A stretch of DNA of 64,000 nt from an uncultured delta proteobacterium (GTDB lineage Bacteria; Myxococcota; Myxococcia; Myxococcales; Myxococcaceae). The stretch is taken from contig CAVQKE010000001.1 in the NCBI GenBank assembly GCA_963713045.1, positions 544,001 through 608,000 on the forward strand. Reading direction: 5' to 3'. The first letter of the stretch is position 1. Every line of letters begins with the position of its first letter. Made by a program: the position numbers and the translations under genes. The notes under the pieces are model-generated. The model had not been told where the DNA came from. It did no database searches and saw only the letters and a list, made by a program, of their open reading frames with translations. Positions 45,923 to 55,318 of this stretch are shown one piece after another.

Positions 45923-47260
45923 ATGGCACAGCAGCCAGCAACGGTGGTGGTGGGCGGAGGCATCTCCGGACTGGCGCTGGCGCTGCTGCTTCATCGGGCG
46001 GACGTCCCGGTGACGGTGCTGGAGGCGGCCAGCGCCCCTGGCGGCACGGCGCGAACGGTGGAGCGCGACGGTTTTTTGCTCGAGATGGGGCCCAACAGCG
46101 TGCTCGACCGGGAGGGGGCGGTGGGCGGACTGGCCAACTCACTCGGTCTGCAGTTGAGACCCGCCACACCCCAGGCCGCCCGTCGGGCCCTCGTCCTAGG
46201 CGGCCGTCTGCGCGAGCTGCCCAGTGCGCCGCCGGCCATGTTTGCCTCGGATGTGCTCCCCTGGGGCGCGAAGCTTCGCCTCCTCCTCGAGCCCTTCAGC
46301 CGGCGAGGGCCGGCCGGGGTCGACGAGTCCCTGGCAGCGTTCGCGCGCCGACATGTCGGGCGCACCGTTACCGCCACGCTGGTGGACGCGCTGCAGACGG
46401 GCATTTGGGCAGGGGACATGGAGCGGCTCAGCGCCGCGTCGGCCTTCCCCCGCCTGGTGGCGTTGGAGCGCGCCCACCGAAGCCTGGTGGTGGGGGCCAT
46501 CCGAAGCCGCAAGGGGGTGGGGGCAGGCATGGGCCGCGTCAGTGTCGCCTCCCTCGAGGGCGGCCTCGGCGCGCTGTCGCGCGCGGCGGCCGAGGCGCTC
46601 GGCCCACGGGTGCACCTGGAGACGCCGGCCCTGGCGCTGGAGCGCCGCGGCCATGGCTGGTCGGTCGTCACCCCCTCTGGCACCTTGGAGACGTCGCGGG
46701 TGGTGCTGGCGCTTCCCCCCACCGAGACGGCGGACCTTCTCCGCCCCCTGGACAGCGGGCTGGCCGAGGCGCTGGTCAGCATCCCTTCGGTGGCGGTGGC
46801 CGTGGTGCACCTCGGCTTCCGCCCGCCGCTGGAGCCCGAGCCAGAGGGCTTTGGCTTCCTGGTCCCGCCCCGAGAACGAAGGGACATCCTCGGGGCGCTG
46901 TACGCTTCCTCCGCCTTTCCCTTCCGCGCTCCAGGAGGCGGCACCCTCCTCACCGTCCTCATCGGCGGGGCGCACCGGCCTGAGCTGCTGGCGCGCGACG
47001 ACGAGGGCCTGGTGCAGACGGCCCGAGGAGAGCTGACCGCCCTGTTGGGCATTCAGCGTGCGCCCACCCTGACGCAGGTCTTCCGCTGGCCGCGGGCCAT
47101 TCCGCAGTACAACGTCGGCCATGCGCAGCGGGTGCAAAGCATTCTGGCGCAGGCCGGCCGCTGGCCCGGGCTGTGGTTGGCTGGCAACGCCTACCGAGGG
47201 GCGGGCCTGGCAGACTGTGTCCGGGCCGCTTCGGAATTGGCCCGGCGGCTGGCCGGCTGA
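45923..47260 (+). CDS. hemG: Protoporphyrinogen/coproporphyrinogen oxidase (HemY/HemG FAD type)
   Basis: GGAGAGG RBS; VVGGGISGL, EMGPNS, GFGFLVP, RWPRAIPQY, GNAYRGAGLADC. Confidence 0.92.
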   Translation: MAQQPATVVVGGGISGLALALLLHRADVPVTVLEAASAPGGTARTVERDGFLLEMGPNSVLDREGAVGGLANSLGLQLRPATPQAARRALVLGGRLRELPSAPPAMFASDVLPWGAKLRLLLEPFSRRGPAGVDESLAAFARRHVGRTVTATLVDALQTGIWAGDMERLSAASAFPRLVALERAHRSLVVGAIRSRKGVGAGMGRVSVASLEGGLGALSRAAAEALGPRVHLETPALALERRGHGWSVVTPSGTLETSRVVLALPPTETADLLRPLDSGLAEALVSIPSVAVAVVHLGFRPPLEPEPEGFGFLVPPRERRDILGALYASSAFPFRAPGGGTLLTVLIGGAHRPELLARDDEGLVQTARGELTALLGIQRAPTLTQVFRWPRAIPQYNVGHAQRVQSILAQAGRWPGLWLAGNAYRGAGLADCVRAASELARRLAG

Positions 47261-47351
47261 CTCAGACCGCCGGTTGAAGTCAAGGCGGCGCGCGGCACTC
47301 CCCCGGGGCAGGCAGCCCCTCCGGGCTTGCGTCCGACGGGTCGACTGAGGC

Positions 47352-47735
47352 ATGGCGGGGTTAGGGATGGAACCAGTCTCAGCACACACCAGTTGGAAAG
47401 AAGCCGGGCGCGAACTCGTCGCCGAGGCCCTCGACCCAACCAACTGGGTGGGGGTGGCGCCGGGAGAGGCACTCTCAGCGCGGCCGGTCAACCTGCAGCG
47501 GCGGGTTGGGCACACCCGGGTGGTGGCCTCGGTGGATGTGAGTGAGCGCCTCGGCCTTTTGCTGCACGTCGCCTTTCGCGGTCCGGCGCTTGACCCCATG
47601 GGGGCGGCGGCCCTGCTGGCGGCCTTCTTGGATGGCTCCCGGCCTCTGCTGTTGTCCGCCCGCTGGCAGGTGGAGGTGGACGCCCGCGGCTGGGTCCACT
47701 TCGTCAGGCCGTACCTGCCGCTCCTGAGGGCGTAA
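47352..47735 (+). CDS. Hypothetical protein
   Basis: Well-formed ORF in the gap after hemG; globular-looking sequence; alternative start 47367. Confidence 0.6.
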   Translation: MAGLGMEPVSAHTSWKEAGRELVAEALDPTNWVGVAPGEALSARPVNLQRRVGHTRVVASVDVSERLGLLLHVAFRGPALDPMGAAALLAAFLDGSRPLLLSARWQVEVDARGWVHFVRPYLPLLRA

Positions 47736-48589
47736 CGGCCTGCGGCCGAAGGGCGCGCGCGCTGGAAATTTGCCCGGCCGCGGTCTCCAGCACCCAGTAG
47801 CCTTCGTCGCCGGCCTCGGTGGAGGAGCCCGCGCCGAAAATATGCGGGCGGGACGCCGTCGCCGGGTGGTGGAAGCGGTGGTGGATGTGGCCGTGCAGCA
47901 CGGCGAAGCGTGGCCCGGGCAGCAGCGCCAGCAGCCGTCGAGCGTCCACCAACCCGTGTGCCGGCCGGTCCGCCCGCCCATTGGCCCTGAAGGGGGCGTG
48001 GTGGACGGCCACCAGCACCGCACGGCCGCGCATTCGCGGGTCGGCCAAAAGACGCGCCAGGGCGTCGAGCTGCGCCTTGCCGATGACGCCGTAGGAAAGG
48101 CCTGGAATGGGCGGAACGCGTGCTGAGCAGAGCCCCACCACCGCGTCCTGGTCTCCCAACAAACGCACCACCGGAAAGCGGTCCTCCACCGCCAGCTCGG
48201 GAATGTCCGAGGGCAACAGCTGCCCGAAGCTGCATTCGAAGCGCCGGCACCGCAGGGCGCCGGGCGTGTAGCGGTCGTGGTTTCCGGGGATGACGGTGGC
48301 CCGCCGCGGGTCCTCCACCCAGGGGGCCAGCGCCGCTCGAGCTCGGGTAAACTCCTCGGGCATGGCGTAGGCGGTCACGTCCCCGGAGAGGATGAGGTGG
48401 TCCACGCCAAGGCCCTCCGCGTCCCGAGCGATGTGTCGCAGCGTCTCCTCGGCGTGCGCAAAGCGCCGGGCCCGGCCGCCGAGCCGCAACTCCACCCAGT
48501 GCAATCCACCGCCGCCAGCCCAAACGAAGCAGCTGGCGGCGCGCATAGTCGGCGGTGACGTGGACGTCGGAGCAATGCAGGTACCGCAT
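47704..48589 (-). pseudogene. Calcineurin-like metallophosphoesterase, frameshifted at ~48496 (extra base in a G run; likely assembly error)
   Basis: MRYLHCSDVH (DxH) in one frame; SGDVT, PGNHD, HHAP and HGHIH in another; junction ctg-g-gtg-gag. Confidence 0.8.
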
Positions 48590-48652
48590 GGGGTCCCCTT
48601 TAACCTTCTTGGGCCTGGAGGAGCAGGGCTGTTGTGCCAGGCTGCAAAGGCC

Positions 48653-49606
48653 ATGCGCACAATTCACCGCGGCCGCTTCGCCCCGAGCCCCACCGGCCAG
48701 CTGCATCTCGGCAACGCCTGGGCCGCGTTGCTCGGCTGGCTGTGGGCGCGAAGGGAGAATGGGCAGTTTGCCCTTCGCGTTGACGACCTCGACGCCAGCC
48801 GGTGCCGGGCAGAGCACGTGGACACCCTGCGACGCGACTTGGACTGGCTGGGGCTCACCTTCGACGGCCCGCTCGTCTACCAAAGCCAGCGCGCTGAGGC
48901 CTACCAGGCCGCCCTGGAGCGACTCACCGCCACCGGCCTCCTCTACGCGTGCTTCTGTACCCGGGCGGAGGTTGCCCGGGCCGCCACCGCACCGCACGGA
49001 CCGGCAGAGGATGGGCCGGTGTACCCCGGCACCTGCGCCATTCTTCAGCCGACGGAAGTCCAACGGCGCAGCCGCGAGCGCACTCCGGCCCTGCGCTTCC
49101 GCACCGCGAAGGGCCCCGTACGCTTCGTCGACGCGGTGCGGGGCGAGGTGCAGCAGGACGTGCAGACGGCAGTGGGCGACTTCGTCGTCCGACGCAACGA
49201 CGGGGTGGCCAGCTACCAGTTGGCCGTCGTCGTGGACGACGGCGAGTTGGGCGTTACCCACGTCCTGCGAGGAGACGATTTGCTTGGCTCGACTCCCCGG
49301 CAAATTCAGCTGGCTGGCGCGCTGGGTCTTCCAGTTCCCACCTACGCCCACGTGCCGCTGTTGGTGGGGAGGGACGGGAAGCGGCTGGCCAAGCGCGCCG
49401 GCCCACCCACCCTGAGTGAGCTCCGCCAAGCGGGACTGCCGGCGGAGCGGCTGTTGGGCCTCCTCGCTGCGTGGGCTGGGCTTTCGGACGGTCGCCCGGT
49501 GTCCGCCGCAGCGCTGGTCGAGCACTTCTCCCTCGCCCGCCTCGGCCCTTCTCCACGGACGGTGGACGAAGGGGAGGTGCGCGCCACCCTGGCGAGGCTG
49601 CCGTGA
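48653..49606 (+). CDS. gluQ: Glutamyl-Q tRNA(Asp) synthetase
   Basis: RFAPSPTGQLHLGN, CFCTR...YPGTC, YQLAVVVDD, RGDDLL, KRLAKR; no anticodon-binding domain. Confidence 0.93.
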   Translation: MRTIHRGRFAPSPTGQLHLGNAWAALLGWLWARRENGQFALRVDDLDASRCRAEHVDTLRRDLDWLGLTFDGPLVYQSQRAEAYQAALERLTATGLLYACFCTRAEVARAATAPHGPAEDGPVYPGTCAILQPTEVQRRSRERTPALRFRTAKGPVRFVDAVRGEVQQDVQTAVGDFVVRRNDGVASYQLAVVVDDGELGVTHVLRGDDLLGSTPRQIQLAGALGLPVPTYAHVPLLVGRDGKRLAKRAGPPTLSELRQAGLPAERLLGLLAAWAGLSDGRPVSAAALVEHFSLARLGPSPRTVDEGEVRATLARLP

Positions 49607-49630
49607 AACGTCCCCCAGGGGTGCTGGCGG

Positions 49631-50233
49631 TCAGCCGTTGGGCTTGAAGGCCGCCGACGGTGTTGGCGCGCGGCGGCGTCGACTGGGGGTTGCCTCAACG
49701 GGCCGGGGGTACTTGTGCAGCTTGCGCTGCAGGGACTTGCGGTGGAGGCCGAGGCGGCGTGCGGCCTCGGAAACGTTGCCTTCGCAGTCCGCCAGGACGC
49801 GCTGAATGTGCTCCCACTCCGCTCGCGCCAGCGTCGGCGTTGCCGCCTCGGGCAGCGGGCTCGGGGCACCGGCTGCCCGACCGAAGGTGGCCAGCAACTG
49901 GTCGGCGTCGATGGGCTTGGCCACGTAGTCCAGCGCTCCGCGCCGGACCGCCTCCAGGGCAGTGGCAATGCTGCCGTAGCCAGTCAGGACGACCACCGAG
50001 GTGCTGGGGTCGAGCGCCTTCAGCTCGGCCAAAAGGTGGAGGCCGCCGCGCCCAGGCATCTTCAAATCCACCACCGCGTACTCAGGGGATTCTTGCTGCG
50101 CCAGCGCCAGCGCCTCGTCGGCGCTTCCGGCGGTGCGCACCTCGTGGCCGCGGTCTCGAAGGGCCCGCGCCAGGCGGCTGCGAAAGACCTCGTCGTCGTC
50201 AACCACCAGGATGGAGAAGGAGGGGGGAATCAC
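49631..50233 (-). CDS. regA: RegA/PrrA/ActR-family response regulator
   Basis: VDLKMP, LTGYGSIATA, EWEHIQRVL...NVSEAARRLGLHRKSLQRKL. Confidence 0.9.
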   Translation of the reverse strand: MIPPSFSILVVDDDEVFRSRLARALRDRGHEVRTAGSADEALALAQQESPEYAVVDLKMPGRGGLHLLAELKALDPSTSVVVLTGYGSIATALEAVRRGALDYVAKPIDADQLLATFGRAAGAPSPLPEAATPTLARAEWEHIQRVLADCEGNVSEAARRLGLHRKSLQRKLHKYPRPVEATPSRRRRAPTPSAAFKPNG

Positions 50234-51543
50234 GGCTGCAGGGACTGGGGCTGGGTGGCCGGCGCGCTCGCCGCCTCCAGCGGCACTTGCACCACCGCGC
50301 GCGTTCCGCTTCCCGGCTCCGAGGTGAGGGAGAAGCTGCCGCCCAGCTGTTCGGAGAGGCTGCGCGCAAGAAAGACGCCTAAGCCCATTCCCGAGCCGGG
50401 CTGGCGTGTGGTGAAGAAGGGCTCGCCCACGCGGCGCAGCACCTCCGGAGGAATTCCGGTGCCCCGGTCGGTGACCTCCAGGCGTAGCGCGCCCGCGGTG
50501 GCCTCCACCCTCAACACCACCTCCCCTCCCACCGGGGAGGCCTGAAGCGCGTTGCGCACCAGCGCTTGCGTCGAACGGCCCAGCGCCCGCAGCGGGAGCA
50601 GCGGGGCTCGGCGCCCGAGGTCCCCCAGCGCCACCACGCGCACCTGCTCTCGCCCGGCGAGACCCTCGAGGGCCTCGTCCACCACCGCCGACAGCGGCTG
50701 GCCGCTGCCCTCGCCGCTCGGCGCGCCGGCGTCGGTGGCCATGCGCGCCAGGGTCCGCCGGCAGCGTTCCACCTCGTCCCGAATGAGGCGCGCATCGGCT
50801 GCAGCTTCGGGATGGGCGGTTAGCTGCCGCCCCAGCTCGTGGGCCACCACGGCAATGGTGGACAGAGGCGTGGACAACTCATGGGCGGCTCCGGCGGCGA
50901 GGGTGGCCAGCGAGGCAAGCCGCTCGCGTCGGGCAGCTTGGGCGCGCGCCTCAGCCAACTCCGCATCGCGCGCCGCGAGGGCGCGGGTGACGCGCTGGAC
51001 GAAGACGACGATGAAGGCGGCAGCCACCCCGAAGGCCACCCACATGCCTCGAATGTGCAGCTCCATCATCTGTTCGTGGGACAGGCCGTGGGCCAGCAGC
51101 CACGGGAAACGGGGGGCCAGGAAAAGCGTCCCGAAGCAGGCCAGGGCGAAGCCCATCAGCGCCCAGGTGCGCCGGGGAGCCAGCATGACAGCGGCCAGAG
51201 CCACTTCCACCAGGTACAGCACGCTGAAGGGGTTGTTGGGACCTCCGCTGAGGGCGAAGAGAATGGTGAGGAGGATGAAGTCTGCCGCGATGACCAGGGC
51301 GATGGCATTCTCGGCTCCGGCGTCCGAGGACAAAAGGCGCGGCGATGTCCGTGCCCAGCGGGAGAGGGCGGCGTTGCTGAGAAACTCCACGCCAATGACG
51401 CAGAGGAGCGGCACCAGCGGCACCCGCACCCCGAGGAAGGCCTGCACCGAAAGCAGCAGCGCCAGCTGTCCCAGGGCAACGCCCCAGCGGAGGCGGACCA
51501 GCCAACGAAAGTTGAGGGCGCCTGGTTCGAGGGTGCTGTCCAT
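50230..51543 (-). CDS. regB: RegB/PrrB/ActS-family membrane histidine kinase
   Basis: ATG51543; WLVRLRW, GGPNNPF, AHELSTPL, ERCRRTL, NALQA, DRGTG, GMGLGVF. Confidence 0.88.
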   Translation of the reverse strand: MDSTLEPGALNFRWLVRLRWGVALGQLALLLSVQAFLGVRVPLVPLLCVIGVEFLSNAALSRWARTSPRLLSSDAGAENAIALVIAADFILLTILFALSGGPNNPFSVLYLVEVALAAVMLAPRRTWALMGFALACFGTLFLAPRFPWLLAHGLSHEQMMELHIRGMWVAFGVAAAFIVVFVQRVTRALAARDAELAEARAQAARRERLASLATLAAGAAHELSTPLSTIAVVAHELGRQLTAHPEAAADARLIRDEVERCRRTLARMATDAGAPSGEGSGQPLSAVVDEALEGLAGREQVRVVALGDLGRRAPLLPLRALGRSTQALVRNALQASPVGGEVVLRVEATAGALRLEVTDRGTGIPPEVLRRVGEPFFTTRQPGSGMGLGVFLARSLSEQLGGSFSLTSEPGSGTRAVVQVPLEAASAPATQPQSLQP

Positions 51544-51612
51544 AGGGCGGCCCGCAAGCGTACCTCGGCTGTGGCCGGTTGCCGTTGTCTCCTCGCCCAC
51601 CCCAGGGGCGGC

Positions 51613-52605
51613 ATGAAGTCCGCCCCTTTGCGCCCGCGCGCCCACTGGCTGGACGTCGCCTTCGCCCGGCACGCCAGTCGCCAGCCCTTCTTCCAGGACG
51701 GCTGGGGGGACGAGACACTGCTGGAGAAGGCCCGCTTGGGCCTCCTGGATGGAAGGCCCCCGGCTGCGGTGGAACCCGCCTGGGCGACCGCCGGTCTTCG
51801 GCGCGGGCGACTGTCAGTGCGAGACGGCGTCTTTCGCTCTCCGCAAGAAGGGCTTCCGCGAGGCGTGGAAACTGCCCACCTGCGCTGGCTGACCCACGCG
51901 CGCGGCCCGGCCGACAGCGCGTGCCTGGTGCTGGCCGGCTCGCGAGAAGAGGGCTTCGGCCTGCGCCAGGCCATTCACGCTCCCCTCGTCCACGCCGGGG
52001 TGGACGTGGTGCTGCTGGAAAACCCGTTTGCCGGCCTTCGACGCGCACCGGGGCAACGCGGCGCAGCGGTGCGGACGGTGAGCGACCACGTGCTGCTGAA
52101 CCTCGCCATGGTGCAGGAAGCACGGGCCGTCCTCGGCTGGCTCGGCCGCGCTGGCTACCACCGGCGGGGAGTGGCGGGCTACAGCATGGGCGGCTTCATG
52201 GCCGCCCTCGTCGCTGCCCTCAGCCCTGAGCCCCTGGCCGTGGCAGCTCTGGCGGCGGGGACGACACCGGCGCCGGTTTTCACCCAAGGGCTGCTGGCGC
52301 GCTCGGTGGACTTCGCCACCTTGGGGAAGACGGCCGGTGGCCCGGAGCAGGCGCGGACTCGACTGGCCTCCCTCTTTGCCATGGCCGACGTGCGCCGTTT
52401 GCAGCCGCCAGCTCGGGCCCAAGCGGCGCTGGTGGTGGGGTGCCTGCGGGACGGCTACGTGTCGTCGGAGGACACCGAAGCGCTGGCAAAGCACTGGCCG
52501 GGCAGCACCTTGCGCTGGCTGAAGGCAGGACACATTTCCGCCCTCCTCTTGCGGCGCGCGGAGCTGCGAGCCGCCGTGGCCGAGGCCTTTCAACGGCTCG
52601 CCTGA
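51613..52605 (+). CDS. Alpha/beta hydrolase (ABHD18/DUF2048-like)
   Basis: FFQDGWG, LENPF, GYSMGG nucleophile elbow, DGYV, GHISA. Confidence 0.85.
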   Translation: MKSAPLRPRAHWLDVAFARHASRQPFFQDGWGDETLLEKARLGLLDGRPPAAVEPAWATAGLRRGRLSVRDGVFRSPQEGLPRGVETAHLRWLTHARGPADSACLVLAGSREEGFGLRQAIHAPLVHAGVDVVLLENPFAGLRRAPGQRGAAVRTVSDHVLLNLAMVQEARAVLGWLGRAGYHRRGVAGYSMGGFMAALVAALSPEPLAVAALAAGTTPAPVFTQGLLARSVDFATLGKTAGGPEQARTRLASLFAMADVRRLQPPARAQAALVVGCLRDGYVSSEDTEALAKHWPGSTLRWLKAGHISALLLRRAELRAAVAEAFQRLA

Positions 52606-52666
52606 AGCCCCGCCCCTCTCTGGCAGTCCGGGCAGCGCCCGCGCTAGGAAAGCGACGGCCCGCCCG

Positions 52667-53275
52667 ATGTCCACCTCCCGCCTTTTGCGGAGGCCCCCGA
52701 CCCCGGGCCTCCTCTTACGTGCCGCCACCGCGCCGGACTGGCTGCCCCGTGCGCTGGCGGCGTTGGACGTGGTGCTGGTGGACCACGCCCATTGCGAGAA
52801 GAAGGCGGCGGCCAATGCGCTTTCCTTGCTTCAGGCCTACCCCGAGGTGCCGGGTCTGCCGGCCCAGATGGCCCGGCTGGCGCGCGAGGAGGCGGCGCAC
52901 CTTGCCCAGGTGTTGCACTGGCTGGAGGTGCGCGGACTGGCCCTGGGAAGGGACAGGGGAGACCCCTATGCGCAAGGCCTGCAGGCGCTGGTGCGGACTT
53001 CGGCCAAGGAAAGACAGCTGGACCGGCTGTTGGTGGCGGCACTCATCGAAGCGCGCAGCTGTGAGCGCCTGGGGCTTCTGGCCCGAGGCCTTCCCGAAGG
53101 GGGGCTGAAGGCCCTGTATGCCCGGCTGACGCAGAGTGAGGACGGGCACCAGCGCCTCTTCGTCCGGCTGGCGGAGCGCGTCCACGGGGCCGCGGCCGCC
53201 GCGCGCCTCGACGGCCTTCTCGACCAGGAGGCGAGGCTGGTGCGGCAGCTTCCGGTCCGCGCCGCCATCCACTGA
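52667..53275 (+). CDS. miaE: tRNA-(ms2io6A37) hydroxylase MiaE
   Basis: DHAHCEKKAA, EEAAH, LIEARSCER, SEDGH di-iron motifs. Confidence 0.92.
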   Translation: MSTSRLLRRPPTPGLLLRAATAPDWLPRALAALDVVLVDHAHCEKKAAANALSLLQAYPEVPGLPAQMARLAREEAAHLAQVLHWLEVRGLALGRDRGDPYAQGLQALVRTSAKERQLDRLLVAALIEARSCERLGLLARGLPEGGLKALYARLTQSEDGHQRLFVRLAERVHGAAAAARLDGLLDQEARLVRQLPVRAAIH

Positions 53276-53294
53276 AAGGGCCGGGGAGGCCCTT
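53276..53294. terminator. Hairpin between convergent genes
   Basis: aagggcc-gggga-ggccctt, a perfect 7-bp stem. Confidence 0.45.
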
Positions 53295-53299
53295 CGCAC

Positions 53300-53773
53300 T
53301 CAGGGGCCAGAGGCCACTTCGAGGCGCAGCACGTCCTGGTAAAACACAGTCACGCGGACGCGCTGCCCGGAAAAGCGTTGGACGGGAGGCCAGCGGGTGG
53401 CATGCAGCGCGGGCGCCCAGGCGTCCCAGCTGCGCTGAAGCGACAAGTCGGCGACGCGGAAGGCGTCGGCCCGAGGGGAAGACACCTCCAGCGTCCCTTC
53501 GGCAACGGTGGCCGTCGCATTGCCCAGCCGGGCGACGCCCACCCGCCAAGCCCCGACCCCGCCCAGCGTCCACCACACGGCGAGAAGCCACAGCACTATT
53601 GCCGCAGCAGCCAGCGCCCAGCGCCGCCGGGGGCGTGCGGACGGGGTGCGCAGCCGCAGAAGGAGAAGTCCCGCGGCAACGGCCAGTGCAGCGAGTCCGG
53701 GCACGAGGACCCAACCCACGTCCAAGGGCACCACGTCCCACACCACCTGAAAGCCGCCTTGAGGTGAAGGCAC
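53300..53773 (-). CDS. Hypothetical two-TM membrane protein
   Basis: Two hydrophobic helices followed by a small beta domain; downstream of the MFS gene. Confidence 0.6.
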   Translation of the reverse strand: MPSPQGGFQVVWDVVPLDVGWVLVPGLAALAVAAGLLLLRLRTPSARPRRRWALAAAAIVLWLLAVWWTLGGVGAWRVGVARLGNATATVAEGTLEVSSPRADAFRVADLSLQRSWDAWAPALHATRWPPVQRFSGQRVRVTVFYQDVLRLEVASGP

Positions 53774-53792
53774 GGGCCTCCCGAGCAGCCGG

Positions 53793-55181
53793 TTAGACGC
53801 GGGCGATGGAGCCGCTCGGCGAGCGACGATGCGGCAGGGCCTCCGCCCAGATGCGCGTCTCGCGCGTCTCCTTCAGCCACACCAGGCCGATGAGGCCCGA
53901 GAGGCCCGCGACGGAAATGGGAAACCACAGGCCAGCGTAGAGGTTGCCTGTGTTCGCCACGAAAATGCCGGCCAACAACGGGACCAGGCCGCCAAACCAC
54001 CCATTGCCCACGTGGTAGGGAAGCGACACGGCCGTGTAGCGCACCCGGGCGGGGAATTGCTCGACCAGAAAAGCGGCCATCGGGCCGTAGACCAGCGTGA
54101 CGAGCAAGACTTGGAGAAAGACGAGGAAGCAGAGCAGCACCGGATTGAGGGGGTTCGCGGCGGCCGCCATGGCCTTGTACAGCGGCAGGAAGAGGGCGGC
54201 GGCCAGGAGGTTTCCGCCAACAATCAACTTCTTCCGGCCGATGAGGTCCGACAGCTGACCGGTGACAATGAAGAAGGGCATCCCGCACAGAAGCGCGATG
54301 GCCACCACCTCGCTGGCCACGGTGGACGGCACGTGGAGCTGCTCCTGCATCCAGATGAAGCTGTAAAACTGCGCGGTATACCAAACCACCCCTTGCCCAG
54401 CCGTGGCCCCGAGCAGCGACCGCACCATGGCCAGGCTGTTGGACGCGCTGAAGCTCTCGAGCACCGGGTCGGCAGACAGCCGCCGTTCCGCTTTGAGGCG
54501 TTCCCACAGCGGAGACTCCTGCAGCCGTAGCCGGACGTACATGGAAACGCCCAGGAGAAAGAGGGATGCCACCCAGGCGAAGCGCCAGCCCCAGGTGCGA
54601 TAGGAGGCCTCCCCCAGGCCGCTCTTCAGGGCAAGCAGCACCACCAGGGTGATGAAGAAACCCAAGGTGGCGGTGAGCTGGACGAAGCTGGTGTAGAAGC
54701 CGCGCTCGGCGTCGGGGACGTTTTCGGCGACGAAGGTGGCCGCGCCACCCCACTCGCCGCCCAAGGCGAACCCCTGCAGCACCCGGAAGAAGACGAGCAA
54801 CACGGGCGCGGCCACTCCAATTTGGTCGTAGGTCGGCAGAAAGCCAATGCCGACGGTGGCCGCGCCCATCAACATCAGCGTGGAGAAAAAGGCGCGCTTG
54901 CGCCCGTACAGGTCGCCCAGCCGGCCGAAGAAAAGGGCACCCAGGGGCCGGGCGGCGAAGCCGGTAAAGTAGACCGCCAGCATTTTCAGAGTGGGGTCTG
55001 CGCCAAAGCCCTTCGCGAAGAATTGGTCCTTCAGCACCAGACCGAGTGAGCTGTAGAGGTAAAAGTCGTACCACTCGATGGTGGTGCCGGTGACGACCGC
55101 GAAAATGAGCCGGTTCCGCTCACCTCGATTCCGGGTGTAGGGGACGGTGGCGGCAGCCGAGACCGGCGCTGGGATGGCCAT
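53793..55181 (-). CDS. MFS transporter, metabolite:H+ symporter (MHS) family
   Basis: IEWYDFYLY, FGRLGDLYGRK, QGFALGGEWGGA, WGWR, ESP, EQFPARVRYT. Confidence 0.95.
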   Translation of the reverse strand: MAIPAPVSAAATVPYTRNRGERNRLIFAVVTGTTIEWYDFYLYSSLGLVLKDQFFAKGFGADPTLKMLAVYFTGFAARPLGALFFGRLGDLYGRKRAFFSTLMLMGAATVGIGFLPTYDQIGVAAPVLLVFFRVLQGFALGGEWGGAATFVAENVPDAERGFYTSFVQLTATLGFFITLVVLLALKSGLGEASYRTWGWRFAWVASLFLLGVSMYVRLRLQESPLWERLKAERRLSADPVLESFSASNSLAMVRSLLGATAGQGVVWYTAQFYSFIWMQEQLHVPSTVASEVVAIALLCGMPFFIVTGQLSDLIGRKKLIVGGNLLAAALFLPLYKAMAAAANPLNPVLLCFLVFLQVLLVTLVYGPMAAFLVEQFPARVRYTAVSLPYHVGNGWFGGLVPLLAGIFVANTGNLYAGLWFPISVAGLSGLIGLVWLKETRETRIWAEALPHRRSPSGSIARV

Positions 55182-55318
55182 CAGTGCGGCATGCTACGCC
55201 AAGCCCCCGCCGTCAGGCCCGAAGCGCATTCTTTCCTGCGAGGGAGCCTATCCATTGACTCACACGCCTGCCCCCCGAGACACTGGGGATGCCGTCTTTG
55301 CCCGGTGGAGAGCCTGAC

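Noticed and set aside
46196..49525. 1109-aa minus-strand ORF
   Set aside because: Shadow ORF opposite hemG and gluQ, caused by stop-codon scarcity in GC-rich DNA. Only the MRYLHCSDVH...WIAL stretch is real (phosphoesterase N-terminus).
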